Shown here: positions 53,441 to 64,000 of the stretch, piece after piece
How positions within the stretch are numbered: position 1 is the stretch's first letter
Layout of the letters: every line of letters starts with the position of its first letter
Assembly (NCBI RefSeq): GCF_006345805.1
Contig: NC_043001.1
Coordinates: 30,194,001 to 30,258,000, forward strand
DNA length: 64,000 nucleotides
Direction of reading: 5' to 3'
DNA from: Octopus sinensis
Taxonomy: Eukaryota
The notes under the pieces: generated by a model
Databases searched by the model: none
The model's input: only the letters and a program-made list of their open reading frames with translations
What the model was told of the DNA's origin: nothing
Program-made: the position numbers and the translations under genes

Positions 53441-53858
53441 ATTGAATTACTGCTTATTTATCTAAGGGAGTCCTGCTGCTGTACACATAAATATCCTAGA
53501 TCACATCCTAAAGTACATGAAGGATATTAGCAAATTTGCTAGAACTCTCTCAGCAATTTGTTGCTGTTTCATATGTATGCTGCTTCATCCCTGTATCCCT
53601 TCTATGGTAGCTACAAACCCTCTGAACTAGTTAGCTACACAGCCATCATACCATCTACCTACACTTTGTAATCCATGCTGTTTTACTCTCACCTCCCCAA
53701 GATGCTAAATATTTTGTTCATCCTCTATGAGCTTCAACCCTCTACATACATCAGTTAACAAATGCTCAAGCATCAACCACACCTATCTCATCTTGTATCT
53801 AATATTTCAAAATATGTTGTGCATGTTACTATATTTTAAAAATTAATTTCATTTACAG

Positions 53859-54130
53859 TAGCCTTAATGGAGGATTGGAACGATGAATTTCACAACTTTA
53901 CAAACCAGTTAGGACTTTCAATGCAGAATACAAATGTAAAAAGTCAACTTCCTAACAAAGCAAAGAACAGAAAATCTCATTCAAGTGGTTGTATGTATTC
54001 TTCAGAAACCGGTCGTTTAATTCCACCTCCATCTAGAGCAATCTCAAAACATCGGATGCATACTGGACAAAGAGAATTATTTGCCAATCCAGCACTAGGT
54101 ATAGTTGACCAACAAGAATTAGAAAACATT
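53859..54130 (+). CDS. TBATA: TBATA-like coding exon 3
   Basis: Acceptor atttacag|TAG (NAGNAG; alternative start 53862 in the same phase). Encodes MYSSETGRLIPPPSRA, resembling the TBATA motif KYSAETGRLIP. Donor ATT|gtgagt, phase 0. Confidence 0.8.
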
Positions 54131-55204
54131 GTGAGTTGCCTATCTTTGAACATGTAGAATACATTATTTCTGTAAATATTCTTATAATTTGATAGGTCTA
54201 GAAGTTGTTGTTAGTCACTGGTCAGCCTTGACTGAGCAGATTTATGATGAAAGACATTCCAGTTTTGACCTCTTTATTCTTCTCTTGGACACTTTATATC
54301 AAAGGCTACATTTCTTTTTTATGATTTAGTCAAAGTAGGAAGGGGTCATGTCCAGGTCCCTTTTCAGTGCCTCTATGACCAGAAATGGCCTGAACTCTTT
54401 GTATGACCACCCTCCCTGTACTTAACTCCCTGTCCCCCTACATGGCCTTGCTTTTGTTTTTTGAGCCAATAAAAATTGAATTGAATTGAATTGATAGGAG
54501 AAATCTGGCTTTGAATCTTTACAACAAAATGTACTCCACTAAAGATACTCATGGACCTGGTTGAGGTTTTAATCAAGGCAATGGTAGGGTATCAGTTGAA
54601 GGAAATTTCACTACCATTTCTAGCAGATTGAGTGACCACACAGAGTCTCCCTTGCTGTTATCAGAGCAGGGATTTGACAGAAATGTAGAATGTCAGACTT
54701 GATGACTTTTAATATTAAGCTTCATCTCCTTTGTTCTAAGCTCAAATCACACCAGAACTAGCATTGTCTTTCAGAATGTTGGTTAAGAACATACCCATAC
54801 CACTAAGGAAGGCTTACCTTGCAATTCTACAGCACTGTTCCAATGACTTATTACAAGACTCAAACAGAGAGCTTACAACTTCAACAACAACAAGAATAAC
54901 AACAACAACAACGATGTTGATCACTATGGATTTAACTCCTACAAAAACTCACCACACAACCCATTCTACCTTGAGATGGAACTTTCCATACCCACCAATA
55001 TAAACTTTCTCACTCATAACACCTGTGTGTTCTGAAGATGTAAATTTCCTAAATAACGTGCACTTCATATTCAAGGCTCTGATGAATCTATAGGAAGTTA
55101 TTCAGGTACTCAACTAAGAGTCTGTGACATCTTATAGCAGAAATAGCTATAAGCTAATGAAGTTCATTACGTAGCATTTGGTTTTTCTAGTGACATCGCT
55201 TTGT

Positions 55205-55402
55205 TTATATATATATATATATCGCACGTAAAAAGCACCCACTACACTCACGGAGTGGTTGGCATTGGGAAGGGCATCCAGCTGTAGAAACACTGCCAGA
55301 TCAGACTGGTGCTTGGTGCAGCCTCTAGGCTTCCCAGACCCTGGTCGAACCAGCCAACCCATGCTAGCATGGAAAACGGATGTTAAACGATGATGATAAT
55401 GA

Positions 55403-55405
<3 letters not shown>
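55205..55405 (+). mobile_element. RTE-LINE 3' tail immediately left of the palindrome
   Basis: CACGTAAAAAGCACCCACTACACTC...GTTAAACGATGAT, then (TA)n. Confidence 0.8.
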
Positions 55406-55453
<48 letters not shown>

Positions 55454-55540
55454 TATTCGAGACAAAACCACTATTTTGCAAAACAAACAAGGAAAGACTT
55501 AATTAATACATAAAATTTTAATAAATAGTCAAAAAAACCG

Positions 55541-55583
55541 CCACTACAATCGTTTCTTGTCTTGATCGACAATCTTCAGGTGG
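55541..55583 (-). ncRNA. Mirror copy of HHR2, intact
   Basis: Exact reverse complement of 56490-56532. Confidence 0.8.
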
Positions 55584-55722
55584 ACTTCCAATCTTCACCT
55601 TTTCCTCCATGGCAGGTCATGTTTTCATGCTGTTGTTATCCGTAGATTTATTGCAGGAACTTTGTCATAGCAGTTGGGGTAACAGTCTTAATAAAATAGA
55701 TGGAATGAGTAAAATATTTTAT

Positions 55723-55772
55723 TAGGTACGACACATGTTTCGACCTGTTCTGAGTCTCTTCGGGTACATCTA
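55723..55772 (-). ncRNA. Mirror copy of HHR1 with core mutation CUGA to CCGA (predicted inactive)
   Basis: Reverse complement of HHR1 except position 55762, which changes the conserved U4 to C. Confidence 0.75.
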
Positions 55773-56300
55773 TAAACAGAGTCTAACTAGAGATTTTCTG
55801 ATTCGGTTTTACATACTGCTCCATGTCCATCACCAGAGGAACATAAATTTCCAAACAGTTCTTATTCAAAGTGATAAGTTCTCAGAGAGTAGATACATTT
55901 TCCAAAATTTGAGCAGGTGGAAGTCTTCTTGCAACTGCTGCGATAATTATTAACTGGTAATTGAACGGTAAATGTGTATTTTTATATACCTTGGACTTGC
56001 CACCTCAATGTTTTTTGTCAAGAGTTTCACCTCCAGCCGTTCGTGAAACTCTTGACAAAAAACATTGAGGTGGCAAGTCCAAGGTATATAAAAATACACA
56101 TTTACCGTTCAATTACCAGTTAATAATTATCGCAGCAGTTGCAAGAAGACTTCCACCTGCTCAAATTTTGGAAAATGTATCTACTCTCTGAGAACTTATC
56201 ACTTTGAATAAGAACTGTTTGGAAATTTATGTTCCTCTGGTGATGGACATGGAGCAGTATGTAAAACCGAATCAGAAAATCTCTAGTTAGACTCTGTTTA

Positions 56301-56350
56301 TAGATGTACCTGAAGAGACTCAGAACAGGTCGAAACATGTGTCGTACCTA
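56301..56350 (+). ncRNA. Minimal type I hammerhead ribozyme (HHR1), intact core
   Basis: GTAC-CTGAAGA-GAC(tcagaacag)GTC-GAAAC-ATGT-GTC-GTAC: stem I GTAC/GTAC, CUGANGA core, stem II GAC/GUC, GAAA, short stem III with palindromic ACAUGU, GUC cleavage triplet ending at 56343. Confidence 0.85.
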
Positions 56351-56489
56351 ATAAAATATTTTACTCATTCCATCTATTTTATTAAGACTGTTACCCCAAC
56401 TGCTATGACAAAGTTCCTGCAATAAATCTACGGATAACAACAGCATGAAAACATGACCTGCCATGGAGGAAAAGGTGAAGATTGGAAGT

Positions 56490-56532
56490 CCACCTGAAGA
56501 TTGTCGATCAAGACAAGAAACGATTGTAGTGG
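56490..56532 (+). ncRNA. Minimal type I hammerhead ribozyme (HHR2), intact core
   Basis: CCAC-CTGAAGA-TTGTC(gatcaa)GACAA-GAAAC-GATT-GTA-GTGG: stem I CCAC/GUGG, 5-bp stem II, GUA cleavage triplet ending at 56528. Confidence 0.8.
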
Positions 56533-56709
56533 CGGTTTTTTTGACTATTTATTAAAATTTTATGTATTAATTAAGTCTTTCCTTGTTTGTTTTGCAAAAT
56601 AGTGGTTTTGTCTCGAATAATATTTTATAATATTTTACTATAAAATCGATTTAATCCTAAATCTGATTTTTTCCCTGTAAATTTGGATTTATTCCCTAAT
56701 ATTTATTAT

Positions 56710-56750
<41 letters not shown>

Positions 56751-56780
56751 AAAAAAGGAGATGTCGAACACGAGTGGTGA

Positions 56781-57247
56781 TATATAAAAAAGGAAATGAA
56801 GAAAATGCTGACAAATAATTGAAGTAATTTAAGTAATTTAATTAGGTGAAAGTTCTTTTTACCGGTTGCGCATTTGTTATGCTTATCAAAATATAAAAGA
56901 GAGATTAGAGTTCCTTTCTTATAGAATTTTTCCTCTTATCTGATAAGAGGAAAAATTCTATAAGAAAGGAACTCTAATCTCTCTTTTATATTTTGATAAG
57001 CATAACAAATGCGCAACCGGTAAAAAGAACTTTCACCTAATTAAATTACTTAAATTACTTCAATTATTTGTCAGCATTTTCTTCATTTTTCCTCTTATCT
57101 GATAAGAGGAAAAATTCTATAAGAAAGGAACTCTAATCTCTCTTTTATATTTTGATAAGCATAACAAATGCGCAACCGGTAAAAAGAACTTTCACCTAAT
57201 TAAATTACTTAAATTACTTCAATTATTTGTCAGCATTTTCTTCATTT

Positions 57248-57260
<13 letters not shown>
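56781..57260. repeat. Second fold-back: perfect palindrome centred on 56941 plus a 159-bp tandem duplication of its right arm
   Basis: 56794-56940 pairs with 56942-57088 around a 1-nt centre (TCCTCTTATC-T-GATAAGAGGA). The centre and right arm repeat with period 159 (56941, 57100). Confidence 0.9.
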
Positions 57261-57310
<50 letters not shown>

Positions 57311-57314
57311 CATA

Positions 57315-57748
57315 TAATATTCATAGCCACTTTAGCATTGCTGTCCATACAAACAGACTCTACTGCAGTTTTTTAACCCCAAGAGGACATCTCCTCTAGC
57401 TGGTTAACGATGCACAGCTGCCGATAAACTGCAAGCAGGGGAGCAAACCCCTACCACCTTCTAGTGATGGGACCAATAGACCAGTTCTGGTTTTCGGTTA
57501 TTTCTGCCACTCCTCAGTACTGGACACCTCATCTGCTAGAGATGGTAGTAGCTTGCTTCTGCTCGCAAAATATATATATTTCAAGTGAACACACAATCAC
57601 TGATTTTACAACAAGCAACAAATGCTAGCAATTTATTGGATCTAGCTGTACATCATTAACCGGCTAGAGGAGACGTCCTCTTGAGATTAAAAAATCGGAA
57701 TAGAGTCCGTTTAAACCGACAGCCATGTTAAAGTGGCTACGAATATTA
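57315..57748. mobile_element. MITE-like element with about 120-bp imperfect terminal inverted repeats
   Basis: TAATATTCATAGCCACTTTAGCAT... mirrors ...ATGTTAAAGTGGCTACGAATATTA; the inner blocks AAGAGGACATCTCCTCTAGC / GCTAGAGGAGACGTCCTCTT also pair. Confidence 0.6.
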
Positions 57749-57942
57749 CTTGTCAGTACAACTACTGCGTTGGACTCTTAAGGAGATTTTAGAACTAGCA
57801 TTTTTGCATATATATATCATCATAATCATTTAACGTCCGCTTTCCATGCTAGCATGGGTTGGACAGTTCAACCAGGGTCTGGGAAGCTAGGAGGCTGCAC
57901 CAGGCTCCAGTGAGTGTAGTGGGTGCTTTTTACGTACCTCCA

Positions 57943-57975
<33 letters not shown>

Positions 57976-57985
<10 letters not shown>

Positions 57986-58682
57986 TTTGTCTCATTTGGT
58001 CTAAAGTCGTAAGACAACCACCGTTATATTTTGTTTATCCATTACTGTTTTCAATTTCGTTTTCGTCTCTTGTATTTACATCCGTCTCTTGCGTTTACAT
58101 TCTTGTCTTCTACCAAGAAATCTAATGCTTACAGCTTAGTTTTTTTCTTGGGGCTGGCCGAGTTGGAGCAAATATCAGAATTGAACAGCCGAAATTTGCT
58201 ATGATGATTCGGTGTCTGACTGAAGATTGAAGGCTTCGAATGATTTGTCTGTGTTCCGTGTTCGTCCCTTCCTGTATTTCACGTTCTTTATATATAAAAA
58301 CATTTATTCTTATATATATATATATTATATATATATATTATATATATATGTTGTTGTTTTTGTCTCATTTGGTCTAAAGTCGTAAGACAACCACCGTTAT
58401 ATTTTGTTTATCCATTACTGTTTTCAATTTCGTTTTCGTCTCTTGTATTTACATCCGTCTCTTGCGTTTACATTCTTGTCTTCTACCAAGAAATCTAATG
58501 CTTACAGCTTAGTTTTTTTCTTGGGGCTGGCCGAGTTGGAGCAAATATCAGAATTGAACAGCCGAAATTTGCTATGATGATTCGGTGTCTGACTGAAGAT
58601 TGAAGGCTTCGAATGATTTGTCTGTGTTCCGTGTTCGTCCCTTCCTGTATTTCACGTTCTTTATATATAAAAACATTTATTC
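57976..58682. repeat. Tandem direct duplication (period about 373 bp) with (TA)n at each junction
   Basis: Block TGTTGTTGTTTTTGTCTCATTTGG...TTCACGTTCTT occurs twice and appears identical. Confidence 0.9.
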
Positions 58683-59574
58683 TTATATATATATATATAT
58701 ATATATATATGCATACATAAATATATATATATCCATATATGGGTACAGGACATTGCAAACCATAAACAACATGAAATACGAAAGCAAATGAGTTGATATG
58801 CAAACAATGAGAGAAACAAATGAAAAACAGGACAAGTAACATAAAGAACGACCCTTCATCAGTTGTTGGCTGTCCATCTACTCCTCATTTCGAGCATATG
58901 AAGTTAAAAGTTATGGCCAGTCATAGAGTGACCATTGGTTTCACACCTATAAAGCACTTAGCTGTATAGGCAACTCATCAAACTCAAATGGCTGAAGGTA
59001 ACTTTTCTACATGAGAAAGAAATACACAACAGTCAGTTGGTTTTGTAAACAAAAAATAATTGTCCAGGCTGTGAGTGATATTTGAAGGCACTGTGGTGGG
59101 ACTGTTCAATGAATGGGGAATTCCAAGTTTGAAGCTGGAAACATTTTAGATGAGGGCAATGACTGAATACTTCTTTCCTGCTTTACAATCAGCTTTGTAT
59201 CTCATGTGTGGCACACCATGCACCTGTACAGACGATATTGATTTGATGGAGAAGTGAGTCCATATACAGTAGAGACATTTTGTCATTATAAACAAATCAT
59301 TTGTGAAGGGTGTTCATCAAGAAATTGCAGAATCATCTTTCTGAGACTTAAGAGACCAAGGATAAAGAGAAAGACTAAATAGAATCTGTTTCCAGTCATT
59401 CAAATTGGAGTATCAGAGAATTTTATTCTTGGTCCACATTTGTCCATTTAGTCACTAGACAGGCATCTAAAAGCATCCACTTTTAAAGGTTTATGTAACA
59501 TTCTAACTTTGGCACAAGGTTTCATGATTATAGAGAGAAGCATTGCTGATACAACCAACCTGTTATCTAATTAA

Positions 59575-59794
59575 CCCTTTCGTTACTGTATTTATTTTGA
59601 GATGCTCTGTATTTCTTTCAGTTACTTTAAATATAACAAAGAATTTAGTAAAATAACTTAGTTATCATTCGGCTAGTGTTAGGAACATAAATTGTGACTA
59701 AGGTTTGGTGGAAGATTTTAATTCAAAACTTATGAAAACAAGACATTTGTACTCAGGGCCAGAGCCAGTTTCAGCCGGGTTGGTAATGAAAGGG
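59575..59794. mobile_element. piggyBac-like MITE, copy 2
   Basis: Same TIRs and TTAA TSD as 49410-49601, with about 28 bp of extra internal sequence. Confidence 0.8.
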
Positions 59795-59917
59795 TTAATT
59801 CCGGAATTAAAACAAAAGGTCAAGAAAACCCCAGTAGGATTTAAACACAGACTACGAAGTTGTGTATCTCAGCACAACACTCTACAGTGTCAACCATTCC
59901 ACAGTACAACTGATACA

Positions 59918-60088
<171 letters not shown>

Positions 60089-60910
60089 TCTAGCTCTTAG
60101 ATGGGGATTTAATTTTTTTTAATTTATAAAAATGGATTTTATTGATTGAATCCTGTATTATCAATCTCAGAATATAAAAATTTCAGGAAGTGACATCATC
60201 TGCTCCTCCACAGTCATTTTCTTTCAGTTAGGTAGAAGACTAAAATTTGATAGAATAGATAATAAAGAGATCAAAGTTGCTTCTAGTTATTCTGAAAAAA
60301 AGATAGCAAGCTGGCAGAATTATTAGCACAATGTTAGTGGCATTTCATCCATTATTATGTTCTGTGTTCAAATTCCACCAAGGCTGACTCTGCTTTTTAT
60401 CCCTTAGAGAGTGATGAAATAAGTCCCAGTTGAGCATTTTAGGCTGAAAGTAATCAAATTGCCTCCTCCCCTCAAAATTGCTGGCCTTGTGCCAAAATTT
60501 GAATGCAATATTTATTCTGCTAATACACAGTGGGAAGAATGATATTCAAGAACCTCAAGCTTTATATAATATAAAGTAGTTTACAACTATTATGAATTTT
60601 CTTGGCCTTAGAACCTCAAACTATTAACTTCTTTTGCTTAAACATAGGCTGTTTTAATAAAGAAGAATTAATATGGTAATGTCTGTGACAGAATGTCATC
60701 TCATTCAGGGTGGTGGGAGAGTGTTGTAATCTTTGTCATTCATACACTTAGAAACAAGGTAAAGGCTGCAGCCTTATCCATCTCTGAACTCATGAAAAAT
60801 AAGAAAATAGAATATGGTGATGTGATGGTCAATTTTATTAGCCATCACTTCCATTGCTCAATTAAATCTAAATCTAAATATTAATATGCTTCTTTTTTCT
60901 CTTTAATCAG

Positions 60911-60992
60911 GTGTTATCTATATTATGTCAGATTCTTCAGACCAGTGATATGGATGCTATTCAAGGATGGTTAATATGTGCCAGTGATAGAG
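60911..60992 (+). CDS. TBATA: TBATA-like coding exon 4 (gene continues beyond)
   Basis: Acceptor ttttttctctttaatcag|. Encodes VLSILCQILQTSDMDAIQGWLICASDR, resembling the TBATA LCRILETD..AIQ.WL helix. Donor G|gtataa. Not on the ORF track; found by phase chaining. Confidence 0.8.
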
Positions 60993-61224
60993 GTATAAAA
61001 ATCAACTCTATTATTCAAGCTATAAAGTTATGCTATTTTAGACAGTAAATAATTCATATATATGTATATATACATGCGTATACATATTCATACACATGCT
61101 CACACATGTACATCATCATCATTAACATTATTATTATTTTACTTCCATGCTATCATGGATTGGACATGCTGACACAGTCCAAAACAGTTTCTATTCAGAA
61201 TTATTGCCTTTCTAGAGGGCAATC

Positions 61225-61580
61225 ATCATCATCATCATCATCATCATGATCATCATCAACATCTTTTAACGTCCGCTTTCCATGCTAGCATGAGTTGGAC
61301 GATTTGACTGAGGTCTGGTGAACCAGATGGCTGCATCAGGCTCCAATTTGATCTGGCAGAGTTCCTACAGCTGGATGCCCTTCCTAACGCCAACCACTCC
61401 AAGAGTGTAGTGGGTGCTTTTACATGCCACAGGCACGAGGGCCAATCAGGCGGTACTGGCAACGGCCACACTCAAATGGTGTTTTTTACATGCCACCTGC
61501 ACAGGAGCCAGTCCAGCATCACTGGCAACGACCTCGCTTGAATGTTTTTTCATGTAGCACCAGCACAAGTGCCAGTAAGG
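61225..61580 (-). mobile_element. RTE-LINE 3' tail
   Basis: Same family motifs. Confidence 0.8.
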
Positions 61581-62179
61581 CAATATAAAATAAATTAAAT
61601 AAATAAATGCAGTATTTGTCAGTGTATAAGATGCATTCTCACATAAGACACACTTCTGTTTTACAAGTATACTTTGTGGAAAAAACAAATTTAGTATGTT
61701 TCATCATATACTTATTGAAAGATATTTTAGAATAGTTTTGTCAGGGAAAATGTATGATTCTGTGCATGTAAATGCAATGCTGTGACAATATATAGGAATA
61801 AGTATGATACCATAAACTTCTCATATTTAAACTTTATTTTTCTGGCATTCCATCAGTTACAAGAATCAGTGTTCTGGCTGATCTGATCAAAAGAACAGCT
61901 TGTTTGTGAAATTAATGTGCAAGTTGCTGAGCCCTGCCTGGATATGTGTACCCTTAACATTGTTCTGAGGGAGATTCAGTGTGACACAGAATGTGTCAAG
62001 GCTGGTCCTTTGAATCACAGGTACACCTCATTTTTGCCAGCTGAGTGGACTGGAGCAACATGAAATAGAGTGTCTTGCTCTAGGGCACAACGCACCACTG
62101 GAAATAATACTGATGGCCTTATGATCATGAGCTGAATACCCTAACCGCTAAGCTATACACCTTATTTATTATTCTTATG

Positions 62180-62520
62180 GTCAGGTGAAGGCACATGGCT
62201 CAGTGGTTTGAGCATCGAGCTTATGATCGTGAGGTCGTGAGTTCGAATCCTGGACCGGGCTGCGTGTTGTGTTCTTGAGCAAGACACTTTATTTCAAGTT
62301 GCTCCAGTTCACTCAGCTGTAGAAATGAGTTGCGACGTCAAAGGTACCAAACTGTATCAACCCCTTTACCTTTCCCTTGGATGAGACTGGTTGCGTGGAG
62401 CAGGGAGACCAGTATGCATGGGCGACTGCTGGTCCTCCATAAACAACCTTGCCCGGACTTGTACCTGGGAGGGTAACTTTCTAGGTGAAATCCCATGGTC
62501 AGTCATGACCGAAGGGGGTC
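62180..62520 (+). mobile_element. tRNA-derived SINE (family B-related, different tail)
   Basis: GGCACATGGCTCAGTGG, GAGTTCGAATCCTGG, TTGAGCAAGACACTT. Confidence 0.75.
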
Positions 62521-62877
62521 TCAGCAGGAGCATTCAGCAGCAGGTCAGGTACCAACTTGGGCCATGGCAACAAAGTCCACCTGCCACACATCTTGCTCCA
62601 ACATCACTGCCTCAAGGTCCTGAATACATTCCAGGCCAGTGTTTGCAATCAGGTTGATGTGTGATGATGCTTTCCTCTTCTTACATAACTATGAAGTGGG
62701 TTCCACAAAACTAATTTAGATGTCTGCAGTTCAGGGTGGCACACACAGAGACCAGATAATTGCAGCCATCTTTGCATGATGTTCTCGCTAACTTTTGGCA
62801 GCTCTGCCATTCACATTTTAAACATTTACACTGTTATATATATAATACTGTACATTTCAGATAATATATATATATAT

Positions 62878-63089
62878 ACTCTTTTACTTGTTTCAGTCAT
62901 TTGACTGCGGCCATGCTGGAGCACCGCCTTTAATCGTGCAACTCGACCCCGGGACTTATTCTTTTGTAAGCCCAGTACTTATTCTATCGGTCTCTTTTGC
63001 CGAACCGCTAAGTAACAGGGACATAAACACACCAGCATCGATTGTCAAGCAATGCTAGGGGGACAAACACAGACACATGAACACACACA

Positions 63090-63158
<69 letters not shown>

Positions 63159-63239
63159 ATAATAAATATTAGGGAATAAATCCAAATTTACAGGGAAAAA
63201 TCCTTGTTTGATTTGCAAAATAGTGGTTTTGTCTCGAAT

Positions 63240-63282
<43 letters not shown>

Positions 63283-63450
63283 TACGACGGGCTTCTTTCA
63301 GTTTCCATCTACCAAATCCACTCACAAGGCTTTGGTCAGCCCGAGGCCATAGTAGAAGACACTTGCCCAAGGTGCCTTGCAGTGGGACTGAACCTGGAAC
63401 CATGTGGTTGGTAAACAAGCTACTTATCACACAGCTACTCCTGCGCCTAT
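62878..63450 (-). mobile_element. SINE family A split at its internal microsatellite by a fragment of the palindrome-associated repeat
   Basis: Tail half 62878-63070, head half 63285-63450. The insert at 63160-63245 shares sequence with 56580-56705. Confidence 0.8.
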
Positions 63451-63860
63451 ATATATATATATATACTGGATGAGCCCAGTATATTCTCCTATATTCTGTA
63501 CTGAATCCACTGAATCCAAAAGGAAAATTATTTACTTTATAGACAAGCTCTGTCATGTTTTGCTGCACTTTCACAAACTACATTATACTAGCACTATATT
63601 TCAACTTATCTTTCAGTTCAACCACATATTTGCTTATAGTTTGGTCAACAGAATTGCCATACAAGATATAAAACTTGTATTTTTGACTATGGTGTTCTGT
63701 GTGACTGCAATTGACCACTAGAGTGCTACACCACTGCTATGATTTTGTTGTCATTTACTCATTACAGACAGACGAAAATTAAACATTCCTTTCATCTTTC
63801 TTGAAGAATTTCCATTTAGATAATTAAAAAAAGTTTCTTAAAGTTGATGCAATAAATATA

Positions 63861-64000
63861 GGCGCAGGAGTGGCTGTGTGGTAAGCAGCTTGCTAACCAA
63901 CCACATGGTTCCGGGTTCAGTCCCACTGCGTGGCATCTTGGGCAAGTGTCTTCTGCTATAGCCCCGGGCCAACCAATGCCTTGTGAGTGGATTTGGTAGA
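63861..64000 (+). mobile_element. SINE family A, truncated by the window end
   Basis: GGCGCAGGAGTGGCTGTGTGG head. Confidence 0.85.

Larger units (their letters stand above)
55444..56629. repeat. Near-perfect 1186-bp palindrome (587-bp arms, 12-nt loop), Penelope/retrozyme-like, non-coding
   Basis: Arms 55444-56030 and 56043-56629 were compared base by base: no indels, one mismatch (G55762 vs T56311). Loop CTCCAGCCGTTC. Confidence 0.95.

Noticed and set aside
55735-56338. Pair of near-identical 72-aa ORFs on opposite strands
   Set aside because: They are mirror images created by the palindrome, antisense to the ribozymes, with no coding features.
56931-56975. Functional hammerhead at the centre of the second palindrome
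   Set aside because: The core reads CUGAUAA rather than CUGANGA, and stems I and III cannot be formed.

Overview
AT-rich, repeat-saturated eukaryotic DNA. The repeat families and intron scale suggest a coleoid cephalopod, probably Octopus (inference). Two host genes are supported on the + strand: the terminal FATC exon of a DNA-PKcs (PRKDC)-like kinase (1843-2050), and four phase-compatible exons of a TBATA/SPATIAL-like gene (46142-46322, 49063-49236, 53859-54130, 60911-60992) that appears to continue past the window end. The rest is mobile DNA: tRNA-derived SINEs, many RTE-LINE 3' tails with (GAT)n ends, an R4/Dong-type RLE LINE, an ORF1-only LINE, a deleted Gypsy element, a solo LTR, several Tc1/mariner relics, piggyBac-like MITEs, a non-autonomous Helitron and a Penelope GIY-YIG fragment. 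The most striking structure is inside TBATA intron 3: a 1186-bp palindrome (587-bp arms, 12-nt loop, one mismatch). Each arm carries two different minimal type I hammerhead ribozymes whose cleavage sites are 185 nt apart, and the single mismatch falls in the catalytic core of one antisense copy. Related fold-backs, most with CTGA-N-GA cores, recur at 34.7, 42.2 and 56.8 kb, each abutting a TA run. All identifications were made by eye; no database search was run. Dispersed-repeat boundaries are approximate.
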